Assembly: GCA_036679605.1 (NCBI GenBank)
Contig: JAZDCZ010000366.1
Location: forward strand, 1-22,899
Origin: Gemmatimonadota bacterium
GTDB lineage: Bacteria; Gemmatimonadota; Gemmatimonadetes; Gemmatimonadales; GWC2-71-9
Direction of reading: 5' to 3'
DNA length: 22,899 nucleotides
Each line of letters starts with the position of its first letter. The first letter of the stretch is position 1. The notes beneath the pieces are model-generated. The model was not told the origin of the DNA. It worked only from the letters and a program-made list of their open reading frames with translations, and did no database searches. The position numbers were made by a program, and so were the translations under genes. Positions 1 to 7,489 of the stretch are shown in pieces.

Positions 1-1
1 G

Positions 2-328
2 GCCGAGTACCTCGAGGTCGACACAGCGACCGTCTCGCGCTGGGAGCGCGGCCTGACACGACCGCGCCGCAGAGTGCAGGCTGCGATCGAGCGCCTAAGC
101 ACCGGTACACCGGCCGAGGCCGCAAACGACAGCGCCGATCCCTCGATCAACGAGTTGGTGCGCATCCTCGGATCCGAGCCCGCGCGCCGCGCACTCCGCC
201 AACTGGTACTGCAAAAACAGAAGACGACGCAAGTCGAATTCCCCGTTGATCCGACCGCCCGCCTTCACGAACTCGAAACCATACTGCGCGAACAATCCGA
301 GCTAATCGCGCGCGCGCGGGTTCACTGA
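2..328 (+). CDS. XRE/Cro-C1 family helix-turn-helix protein, 5'-truncated by the window edge; candidate antitoxin or regulator
   Basis: The frame is open from base 2 and reads AEYLEVDTATVSRWERGLTRPRRRVQAAIERL, a typical HTH_3 recognition helix (TVSRWERG). It is in frame with ORF 74..328 and stops 5 nt before the next gene. Confidence 0.85.
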   Translation, partial: AEYLEVDTATVSRWERGLTRPRRRVQAAIERLSTGTPAEAANDSADPSINELVRILGSEPARRALRQLVLQKQKTTQVEFPVDPTARLHELETILREQSELIARARVH

Positions 329-333
329 CTGCT

Positions 334-906
334 GTGCCCAAGCCGAAGGATCGCCCCCCGGTCAGTAGTCGTCTAATCGATGGGCTCACACGAGCCCATC
401 AAGTACTCAGCGAAGCAGGTCTCGCCCACGCCCTGCTCGGCGGTATCGCCGCCAACTTGTACCGCCGCGAACCGCGTGCAACACACGACATAGACTTCGC
501 GGTACGAGCTTCCGCATCCGAGACTCTCGCACTGCTCGATGCCTTTCGCAGCGCGGGTTGGACCCCCGTCGTGCGAACGCCAACCACCCAGACGCTGAGA
601 CTGGCTCACAACGATCTACCCCCGATCGACATTTTGATCGCCGGCACACCGTTTGAATATTCGGCGATCGAGCGCGCAAAAACTCTGAGCATCGATGATC
701 GCGACATGTTGATCGTGACTCCCGAGGACCTAATCGTCTACAAGCTGATTGCCGGTAGAGGCCACGACTACGAAGCTGTCGGCGCGATTCTCAACACCAT
801 CCCAAACCTGGATGCCGCCTACGTGCAGGGCTGGCTCGATCAGTTCGACATGGCCGATCGCTGGCAACGAGCCGTCGAGGAGGCGCGCCTGCTGACCGAG
901 TCCTAG
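334..906 (+). CDS. Pol-beta superfamily nucleotidyltransferase (AbiEii/DUF6036-like); candidate toxin
   Basis: Motifs LLGGIAANLY-x4-RATHDIDF (GG..A plus DxD) and a C-terminal PEDLIVYKLIAGRGHD; GTG start, 190 aa. Confidence 0.85.
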   Translation: MPKPKDRPPVSSRLIDGLTRAHQVLSEAGLAHALLGGIAANLYRREPRATHDIDFAVRASASETLALLDAFRSAGWTPVVRTPTTQTLRLAHNDLPPIDILIAGTPFEYSAIERAKTLSIDDRDMLIVTPEDLIVYKLIAGRGHDYEAVGAILNTIPNLDAAYVQGWLDQFDMADRWQRAVEEARLLTES

Positions 907-1002
907 CTGCGAAATAGGCGCTGAGAAAACTCGTTCGGCCCAACCACTGTAACTGGTGCCAAGGCCGACCGTCTTACTGCTACGCCGCGATAAGCTTAAC
1001 AC

Positions 1003-1102
1003 GAAGCTGTCCGGGAATCCGCCGCGCAGCCAGAGCCGATCCTGCGTCGGGGGGTCATGCCTCCAAGACACCCAGGGGGGTGAGCGCCACGTAGGCGATG
1101 GC
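1003..1102 (-). pseudogene. Internal fragment of an AAA+ ATPase gene (AAA_14 + DUF4143 type), frameshifted
   Basis: The minus strand reads AIAYVALTPLGVLEA* (1102-1055) and, after a 1-nt shift, DPPTQDRLWLRGGFPDSF (1056-1003). This matches the recalled family pattern GRI.Y.EL.PL...E....LWLRGGFP.SF. No start codon or Walker A motif is present. Confidence 0.7.
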
Positions 1103-1111
1103 AGAGGCGTC

Positions 1112-2212
1112 TCAATCGCGGCCTGGTTCCTGACTCGACAAGGGGTTCCAGCACCGGGACGGCAGGTCTCGTAAACCCTCTACCAGCGCATCGTGCAGTA
1201 TGAGGTGACCTCGGGGATTTGGATGGGAGTCGACCGGCGAGGTCCATAGCGACGGCGGGTCGAGTCCACGAAAATGGGGCCACGATTCGACGACCAGGAA
1301 ATCTCGGTCTCTACCGGCCTCTGCTACGGCCGCGTAGTGGCGACGGAAGGGATGAAGCGGGCCGAGAGAAAAGAGGTGGGTGTGTACGAGCATGACAACA
1401 CACAGGTTGCGCGGGCGTGCAACTTCGCTCAGTCGGTCGAGCGCCCGCGAGACCTGGCCCCACGCTTCATCGTTCTCGAAGTAGTTGTCGTCCAGCTCGT
1501 GGCGGTATGAGCCATGAGGCGAGCCCAGCATCTCACGCAGGGCGTTCACCCGTGGACCGAGCAGTCGCCACAAGTAGGAGCGGGAGTTTCGGAAAGATCC
1601 CGAGTGGCCGAAATTGTCGACATGACTGCGTCGATACGAACGCCCCTCGATGTCGTTCAAAGTGTAGCCGTAGACGATCAGGTCGGGGTCATAGTGAAGG
1701 CCCAGTTTTTCCAAGCGGTCCACGATGTATCTCGCGTTGATCCCACTAAGGCCGATGTTGAGCACTTGCACACTTTGGCCCACCAATCTTGGGTCCTTGG
1801 CAAGCGTGGGTTCCAGCTTCGCCGCGTATGTGTCTTCGTAAACCACGCCAGAGCCCATGGTGACTGAGTCTCCGATGACGACGACACGGAACACGCCTCG
1901 GGGCTTCTCTAACGTCCGGTCGGGGCCGCGAAAGCCTGCTCCGTTGTTCTCGAGAAGCGCGCCCCTGTAGATTCCACGAAGCCTTGGGCGGCGGAGATCT
2001 AAAAACCTATCCTGTACTCGACGACGTTTTGGGCGGCTGAAATCTACGAGCCCCTCCTTCAGCCTAGGAAGCTCCTTCCACTCCGGCGGTACGAGCCGAG
2101 GTGCCGAAACGGGCCGTTGGCTCGACAGCCACCACGCACCTAGCTCGGCGATGGTGAGGACCAGCGTCAGACCGGCAAGTACAAGGGCCAGGCGCGCGAG
2201 TAGCATACGCAT
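1112..2212 (-). CDS. SGNH/GDSL hydrolase family protein with an N-terminal membrane anchor
   Basis: Block I VIGDSVTMG, block II NIGLSG, block III LND and block V DSHPN..GH are all present, with a hydrophobic N-terminus. ATG at 2212 is chosen; TTG at 2215 is an alternative. Confidence 0.9.
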   Translation of the reverse strand: MRMLLARLALVLAGLTLVLTIAELGAWWLSSQRPVSAPRLVPPEWKELPRLKEGLVDFSRPKRRRVQDRFLDLRRPRLRGIYRGALLENNGAGFRGPDRTLEKPRGVFRVVVIGDSVTMGSGVVYEDTYAAKLEPTLAKDPRLVGQSVQVLNIGLSGINARYIVDRLEKLGLHYDPDLIVYGYTLNDIEGRSYRRSHVDNFGHSGSFRNSRSYLWRLLGPRVNALREMLGSPHGSYRHELDDNYFENDEAWGQVSRALDRLSEVARPRNLCVVMLVHTHLFSLGPLHPFRRHYAAVAEAGRDRDFLVVESWPHFRGLDPPSLWTSPVDSHPNPRGHLILHDALVEGLRDLPSRCWNPLSSQEPGRD

Positions 2213-2349
2213 CAACAGCCTGCCTGGCCGAGGACGGCGCCACTCTCATATCCGTGACGTAAGGACAAATCAGATTCCGACGAGGAGCGAATCAACAGAG
2301 CCGCGATCGTCGCCACGAAACTTGCGTTGATCCGAATCACCACCAGCAT
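2212..2349 (-). CDS. Possible 45-aa small protein with a hydrophobic N-terminus
   Basis: MLVVIRINASFVATIAALLIRSSSESDLSLRHGYESGAVLGQAGC*. Its TGA overlaps the SGNH ATG (TGATG). No family motif is recognised. Confidence 0.2.
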   Translation of the reverse strand: MLVVIRINASFVATIAALLIRSSSESDLSLRHGYESGAVLGQAGC

Positions 2350-2486
2350 CCGCACGCCGAGTATCTATGCGAAAACCGAGGATCTGCCAACCGGCAAGTA
2401 GCTATCCCGAACCGGACTGCCGCCGAAAGAGTAGGCTTCGCTTGGCGGCGCCGCAGACTCTGAGTGGAGCAGAGCCGAAAAGCGAC

Positions 2487-3203
2487 TCAGTCTTCCTCAT
2501 TCGGCGTAAAGTAGGTGTTTACAATGTCGACCTTTCGATACTTTTCTATGCGCCGGTAGTTGTGCTCCGAGAAGTACTTCAGAATTTCCGCACGCCGCTC
2601 GGGAAAAGTCGGCCCCGCTTCGATACAAAAACCCGCTAGGGCCATAGGTTCACCTTCCTCGATATCCATGGAAAGCAAGTCAATATGATCGATTCCATTT
2701 TTATCCAGAAGTTCGGTCAGAGTAATCGTTGGAACCGTAATTCTTTTTGGTTGATGTTTCCGATTCGGCACGAAATGGCTAACGTGGTCGGGATTAGTTG
2801 AGGACAACCCCATCGCCAAATAGAAAGATTCCCAGGTTCCTGAATGATCGGTAACAATATACTGCACGAATGTAGATCGTGGTCGGTCGGCCTTCCATCT
2901 CGCCGCAAGACCTGGCTGGGCATCGACCGCAACCCCCGACCAGCCAAGCTTCTTTTCGAGGTACGCAGTAGTGCTGTTTCTGAACGGTTCATAACAACCT
3001 ACGTCGACAAAGACCCCCTCCCGACGGTCGTCGAAGAAATGGCGGATCACCAACTCCTCCTTCCCCTGGGAGAACTCGGCCTCGCCGTTGGTCAAGATGT
3101 CGTCAGGTGCGTGTTGCCGCGCCGGTCGCGAAACGCAGCCACTCAGCCCAACCGCAAACACCAATAGAATAATAATTCCACATATTCCGTTCAGTTTACT
3201 CAC
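2487..3203 (-). CDS. FkbM family SAM-dependent methyltransferase with a lipoprotein signal peptide
   Basis: Motifs FSQGKEE, FVDVGC, NSTT.YLEK.LGWSG..VDA and IDLLSMDIE. GTG at 3203 has AGGAG 9 nt upstream and gives MSKLNGICGIIILLVFAVG-LSGC (lipobox). The ORF track starts at 3239. Confidence 0.88.
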   Translation of the reverse strand: MSKLNGICGIIILLVFAVGLSGCVSRPARQHAPDDILTNGEAEFSQGKEELVIRHFFDDRREGVFVDVGCYEPFRNSTTAYLEKKLGWSGVAVDAQPGLAARWKADRPRSTFVQYIVTDHSGTWESFYLAMGLSSTNPDHVSHFVPNRKHQPKRITVPTITLTELLDKNGIDHIDLLSMDIEEGEPMALAGFCIEAGPTFPERRAEILKYFSEHNYRRIEKYRKVDIVNTYFTPNEED

Positions 3204-3315
3204 AACAGCGATCTCCTGTATCAGACAACACGGCGCCACCTTAGCCAGAGCTTAAGAGACATCACAATCGTGCCGCCGGTCACTACCAACCTCAAACGCG
3301 GCGCTCTGCCTAGAA

Positions 3316-4752
3316 TCACCTTGTAGGCTCAACCGGCTCAGGCGATTCGAGTCCCTCGATGCGTTTTGACAAGACGACACGGTGATAAAAGTAGGCAAGA
3401 ATGAGAATACCAATTCCGAGAAGCGGGTACCAAGCTCCCCGCTCGCCCGAAAAGACATTGCCTACCGACACAACGACAACGAAGATCGATGCAACGATGT
3501 AGAGCCCGGGGATTAGGGGATAGCCGGTTGCGCGATACGGGCGAGGTGCGTCGGGCTTGCTCATTCGCAACGCAAATAACGAACTGACCGTTATCGTACC
3601 CGTCACAACCATTGCCAAGCTGACCATCGAGTAAAGCTGCTCGAACCTACCGCTGACGACAAGCACAACGGCCAAGCCGGCCTGCAACCACAGCGCGCTG
3701 TTCGGAGCATGATGGTGCAGGCCTACGGTACCGAGACGCGGCCACATAGCCCGTTTCTTACCCATAGCATAAGCCACGCGGGCTCCGCCCAACACCGTCC
3801 CATTGATACTGGCCAAGAGCGCGCTTGCGATCAACAAGGCAATCAGGATCCTGCCCGTGCCACCGGCTAAGATCGCAGCGGTCGCGGTTCCCGCTTCGCC
3901 GGCATCGCTGAGTCCGGATAATCCGAGCACCCGGGTAAAACCCAGACACATCAACAGATACAAGACGGTGACAACGAGCGTTCCTAGAATCAGACTGCGT
4001 GGAATATTGCGTTTTGGATTCTCTACCTCACCGGCTACGTAAATTATGTTGATCCAACCGGAGTACGCGAAGTAGACCGCCATATAAGAGACGACGAACG
4101 AGTTCAGCGTGAGTCCACCAGCGCCCGCAGATCGCGCCGGAGCAACAGACGACGCGCCTGTCGTGTGATCGCCGGTCACGATGGCGTAGGCCGACATAAT
4201 GGCGAGCACGGTAATCGGTACTAAGGTTAGTACCGTTTGCGTGCGTGCAGACGGCGAGGCGCCCATAGTGTTCAGCCAAGTAAGCCCAACGACGAGCACG
4301 ATCGCGGCAAACTGAGACCCGGATAACGCAAAGGAACTCCAAGGCAGCGCGATGAATGGACCCGATAGGTCCATTCCCAGCAACACCGGCAGTTGATACT
4401 GACACAGCCCTACCGCCATGGTCGCAATCGAGCCAGAAAAGATCGCGATGAACAGAACCCATCCGCTAGCGAACGCGACAGAAGGACCGAAAGCCTCGTA
4501 CTGGAAAACGTAATCCCCTCCCGCGCGGGGTATCATCGTACCCAGCTCCGCACAGGCAACTGCCCCGGCAAGTGATATGACGCCGCCCAAAATCCATAGG
4601 GCGAAAAACAACGGTAGCGAGCCAGTATTTGCGGCCACAATCGGGGGCGATAGGAAGATACCTATGCCCAACATGGATCCGGCAACCACGGCGAAGCCAC
4701 CCAGCAAACTGATCACGCGCGGCTGTTCGGATTTCGCGGGAGAATAAGACAC
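3316..4752 (-). CDS. APC superfamily amino acid permease
   Basis: TM1 GSMLGIGIF, AELGTMIPRAGGDY, FAYSGW, GEVENPKRNIPRS and RPYRATGYP; about 12 hydrophobic segments, 478 aa. Confidence 0.95.
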   Translation of the reverse strand: MSYSPAKSEQPRVISLLGGFAVVAGSMLGIGIFLSPPIVAANTGSLPLFFALWILGGVISLAGAVACAELGTMIPRAGGDYVFQYEAFGPSVAFASGWVLFIAIFSGSIATMAVGLCQYQLPVLLGMDLSGPFIALPWSSFALSGSQFAAIVLVVGLTWLNTMGASPSARTQTVLTLVPITVLAIMSAYAIVTGDHTTGASSVAPARSAGAGGLTLNSFVVSYMAVYFAYSGWINIIYVAGEVENPKRNIPRSLILGTLVVTVLYLLMCLGFTRVLGLSGLSDAGEAGTATAAILAGGTGRILIALLIASALLASINGTVLGGARVAYAMGKKRAMWPRLGTVGLHHHAPNSALWLQAGLAVVLVVSGRFEQLYSMVSLAMVVTGTITVSSLFALRMSKPDAPRPYRATGYPLIPGLYIVASIFVVVVSVGNVFSGERGAWYPLLGIGILILAYFYHRVVLSKRIEGLESPEPVEPTR

Positions 4753-4780
4753 TAGATTGGCCGGAACGGGGACTTACGGC

Positions 4781-4809
4781 ATAGTAGCAGCCGAACACCC
4801 TCGTAGAAA
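4781..4809 (-). promoter_or_regulatory. Candidate sigma70-type promoter for the permease
   Basis: The minus strand has TTTCTA-N17-TACTAT with an extended -10 (TGcTACTAT), about 28 nt upstream of the GTG at 4752. Confidence 0.3.
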
Positions 4810-4951
4810 CTTGACAACAGCAAGGCGCCAGGAAGCGTTAGTGGCATGTCGAGCAAGGACCGTGCTGCGTGTCGGACTAGGGCGTCAGACAATACACTGT
4901 CGTGAGCCCAACAACTGACTACGAGAATGACCGCAGCATTACGACCAGTTG

Positions 4952-5647
4952 CTAATCGAAGCGCTCTCCGATGACCAAGAACTGCTTCCCGAGGATCCAT
5001 TGTGCGGGCGGAAAAGCGAGATAGAGACGTACAAGAGACGACGCCTGAGGGATTCCACTTTTAGTCGTATATGGCAAAAACCGCGCGCGCGACTCAGTCA
5101 CCCGTAGTCCGGCGAGAGTCAGCGCTTCAGCCATCCCTTTCTCTGTCAATGGAAGCGTATGGTCGAAGAAGTCCCAGAAGCGGCCGCCGACCAAGCGCAC
5201 GTTGGGTTGCATAACGATCAGACGACCGCCGGGTCGCAGCGCAGCACGAACAGCACCGAGAACGCGCAGGAGGTCATCAGGGCTACGCAGATGCTCGAAG
5301 ACGTTGCTTGCAAATGCAAGGTCTACGGATTCGGCTTTGATGACCGAGCCGAGTTCCGGCAATGCAATGGAGTGGACTTCAACACCAGGAGCCGCAGCGT
5401 TAGGAGTTTCGGGGTTGAGGTCTATAGCGATGCGACGAGATGCTCGGATCTGATTTATGAAATCGCAGTACCCGGCTCCAAGATCCAACACGGTTGCCGA
5501 CGGAGTAACGTAGTGTGCGAAGAACGAATCACAGAGCGTTTTCCAAAGTTCGATACGGGCGCGCCGCTCGGCTTTGGGAAATCGAGCGGCGTAGAGACGG
5601 TCGAGTCCGGCGTCGAGCTTGGATGGTTCGGATGGTAGATCTGTCAC
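4952..5647 (-). CDS. Class I SAM-dependent methyltransferase (Methyltransf_11/23-like)
   Basis: Motifs VLDLGAGY, FASNVFEHL and LRPGGRL. The start is placed at GTG 5647, just after the GT2 stop at 5655; the 5821 extension overlaps the GT2. Confidence 0.9.
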   Translation of the reverse strand: MTDLPSEPSKLDAGLDRLYAARFPKAERRARIELWKTLCDSFFAHYVTPSATVLDLGAGYCDFINQIRASRRIAIDLNPETPNAAAPGVEVHSIALPELGSVIKAESVDLAFASNVFEHLRSPDDLLRVLGAVRAALRPGGRLIVMQPNVRLVGGRFWDFFDHTLPLTEKGMAEALTLAGLRVTESRARFLPYTTKSGIPQASSLVRLYLAFPPAQWILGKQFLVIGERFD

Positions 5648-5654
5648 GGGCGTC

Positions 5655-6449
5655 TCAGTTCGGGCCCTCAGGGAGCTGAGCGTTCCACGGCGTGAAGCGC
5701 TCGTCTGCGGGGCGCCGGTAATCGCCCTTGGTAAGTAGTTGCTCGAGCCATACGTGGAGCACGATGAACAAGTAACGCGAGCCCTGCTCTTCGAGACGAA
5801 GACTGCTAGTACCGCTGGCACGGTTACGCCATGTGATAGGGATCACGCGATAGCTATAGCCACGCACGATGGCCTTTAGTGGTAGTTCGACCGTGAGATT
5901 GAAGTGCGGAGAGATGATCGGCGCGCACCCGCGGACTACTTCGGCGCGGTATCCCTTAAACGCATTGGTCGCGTCATTATATGACATCCTAAAAAGGATG
6001 CGTATGAACAGATTTGCCAATCGGTTGATCGCATACTTGAAGCGCGGGTAGTCTATGGTTCCACCGCCTTTGATAAAGCGGGAGCCGAAAGCACACTCGG
6101 CTTCGTCACGAAGCACATAGTAGTATCGCACTACGTCGGCCGGGTCGTCGGATGAATCGGCCATCGCAATTACCACAGCGTCGCCCATAAAATTCTCTAA
6201 GCCGTAGCGTATTGCACGCCCGAAGCCATTCCGCCCCGGGTTCTGAATCACGCGTATCCCGGGTACTTTCGCGGCGCGCGCTTCAACGACGGGTACGGTC
6301 TCGTCCGTGCTTCCGTCGTCAACGACTAGCAGTTCAAAGGGAATATCCGCGTTGGTCAATGCCTCGACGAGCCCGTCGAGGGTCGCGCCGATGTTCGCTT
6401 CCTCGTTGCGGGCGGGGATGACGACCGAGAGAAGCATGGGGCGGTTCAC
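5655..6449 (-). CDS. GT2 glycosyltransferase, DPM1-like polyprenol-phosphate glycosyltransferase
   Basis: Motifs SVVIPARNEE, VVDDGSTD, GFGRAIRYG, MADSSD, GSRF and DATNAFKGY; GTGA overlap with the upstream epimerase. Confidence 0.92.
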   Translation of the reverse strand: MNRPMLLSVVIPARNEEANIGATLDGLVEALTNADIPFELLVVDDGSTDETVPVVEARAAKVPGIRVIQNPGRNGFGRAIRYGLENFMGDAVVIAMADSSDDPADVVRYYYVLRDEAECAFGSRFIKGGGTIDYPRFKYAINRLANLFIRILFRMSYNDATNAFKGYRAEVVRGCAPIISPHFNLTVELPLKAIVRGYSYRVIPITWRNRASGTSSLRLEEQGSRYLFIVLHVWLEQLLTKGDYRRPADERFTPWNAQLPEGPN

Positions 6450-7489
6450 GCGGAACTCACCTCTTCGAAGATCCGGTCAATTCCGTACTGAAGATCCCAT
6501 TCCGGATAGTCCGTACGTATGGACGTAAGGTCGCTAATGTAGCAAATGTGGTCGCCAACTCGATTTTCGTCTACGTATTCTACGTCCAGCTTTTTCCCGA
6601 TGCGTTCTTCGAATCGTTGGATCGCCTCGAGCATCGACACGCTGTTCGAGCGACCGCCGCCGAGGTTGTAGACCGCCGCCACCCGTGGGTGTCGCCAGAA
6701 CGCTTCGAAAAACGTGCATACGTCAAAGGAGTGAATGTTGTCGCGGACCTGCTTGCCCTTGTAGCCGTAGATACGGTAAGGTCGGCCCTCCCGAGTGGCA
6801 CGTGCCAGGTATGCGAGGAAGCCGTGCAGTTCGGCACTCGAGTGATGGGGTCCGGTAAGGCAGCCACCGCGAAGGCATACGGTAGGTATATCGAAGTATC
6901 GGCCGTACTCTTGCACCATGAGGTCCGCCGCCGCTTTCGAGGCACCGAACAAACTATGTACGCAGGCATCTATGCGACACGTTTCCTTGATTCCATCCTG
7001 ATCTTCGGGATTCGCGTAGTCGTAGCGCGTTTCCAATTCGACGAGCGGAACCTCGTTCGGCACATCACCGTAGACTTTGTTCGTACTCATGAAGATGAAC
7101 GGAGAGGTCGGGCACGCCCGGCGAGCAGCTTCAAGGAGATTCAGCGTTCCTACCGCGTTCACGTCGAAATCGTCGAACGGCCGATCCTTTGCGAGGTCGT
7201 GCGAGGGCTGCGATGCACAATGGATAATTAGATGGGGACGTTGCTCGGCCACGAAGGCGAGAACGGCTTCGCGCGTTCGAATATCGATATCGTGGTGCGT
7301 AAAACTGCGGGTCGTTTCTTTGAGCCGCTTTAGGTTCCAGGTCGTGTCTCCGTCCGGTCCGAAGAAATCGAGCCGCATATTGTTGTCGATACCGTGGACT
7401 TGCCACCCACGGGTGTCAAAATAAGTTACAGCCTCCGAACCGATCAGCCCGCTACTGCCCGTAATGAGAACGGTATGAGGTCGTGTCAC
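6446..7489 (-). CDS. Extended SDR NDP-sugar epimerase, CDP-paratose/tyvelose 2-epimerase (RfbE)-like
   Basis: Motifs TGSSGLIG, STNKVYG, SLFGASK, QEYGRYF and GKQVRDNIH. The start is set at GTG 7489, which forms a GTGA overlap with the upstream stop. Confidence 0.9.
   Translation of the reverse strand: MTRPHTVLITGSSGLIGSEAVTYFDTRGWQVHGIDNNMRLDFFGPDGDTTWNLKRLKETTRSFTHHDIDIRTREAVLAFVAEQRPHLIIHCASQPSHDLAKDRPFDDFDVNAVGTLNLLEAARRACPTSPFIFMSTNKVYGDVPNEVPLVELETRYDYANPEDQDGIKETCRIDACVHSLFGASKAAADLMVQEYGRYFDIPTVCLRGGCLTGPHHSSAELHGFLAYLARATREGRPYRIYGYKGKQVRDNIHSFDVCTFFEAFWRHPRVAAVYNLGGGRSNSVSMLEAIQRFEERIGKKLDVEYVDENRVGDHICYISDLTSIRTDYPEWDLQYGIDRIFEEVSSA

Noticed and set aside
730..1071. 113-aa minus-strand ORF as a functional gene
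   Set aside because: Only about 18 residues carry the ATPase motif; the rest runs antisense into the nucleotidyltransferase. It is treated as a pseudogene fragment.
956..1283. ORFs 956..1174 (+) and 996..1283 (-), and a possible ncRNA in the 907-1111 spacer
   Set aside because: They show no motifs and overlap the SGNH gene. The spacer is better explained by the ATPase relic, and no known RNA fold was recognised.
2419..2449. GCCGCCGA...TTGGCGGC hairpin downstream of the FkbM gene
   Set aside because: It has a long loop and no U-tract, so it is too weak to call a terminator.
4752..5000. 82-aa minus ORF and a perfect TTGACA at 4811-4816 on the plus strand
   Set aside because: The ORF has no motifs and overlaps the methyltransferase end. 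The TTGACA has no correctly spaced -10 and points antisense.
5648..5821. Long N-terminal extensions in the ORF track (5821; also 3239, 7588, 10668, 16165, 19115)
   Set aside because: They overlap upstream genes or promoter regions and add non-family sequence. Shorter starts give stop/start coupling, an RBS or a signal peptide.
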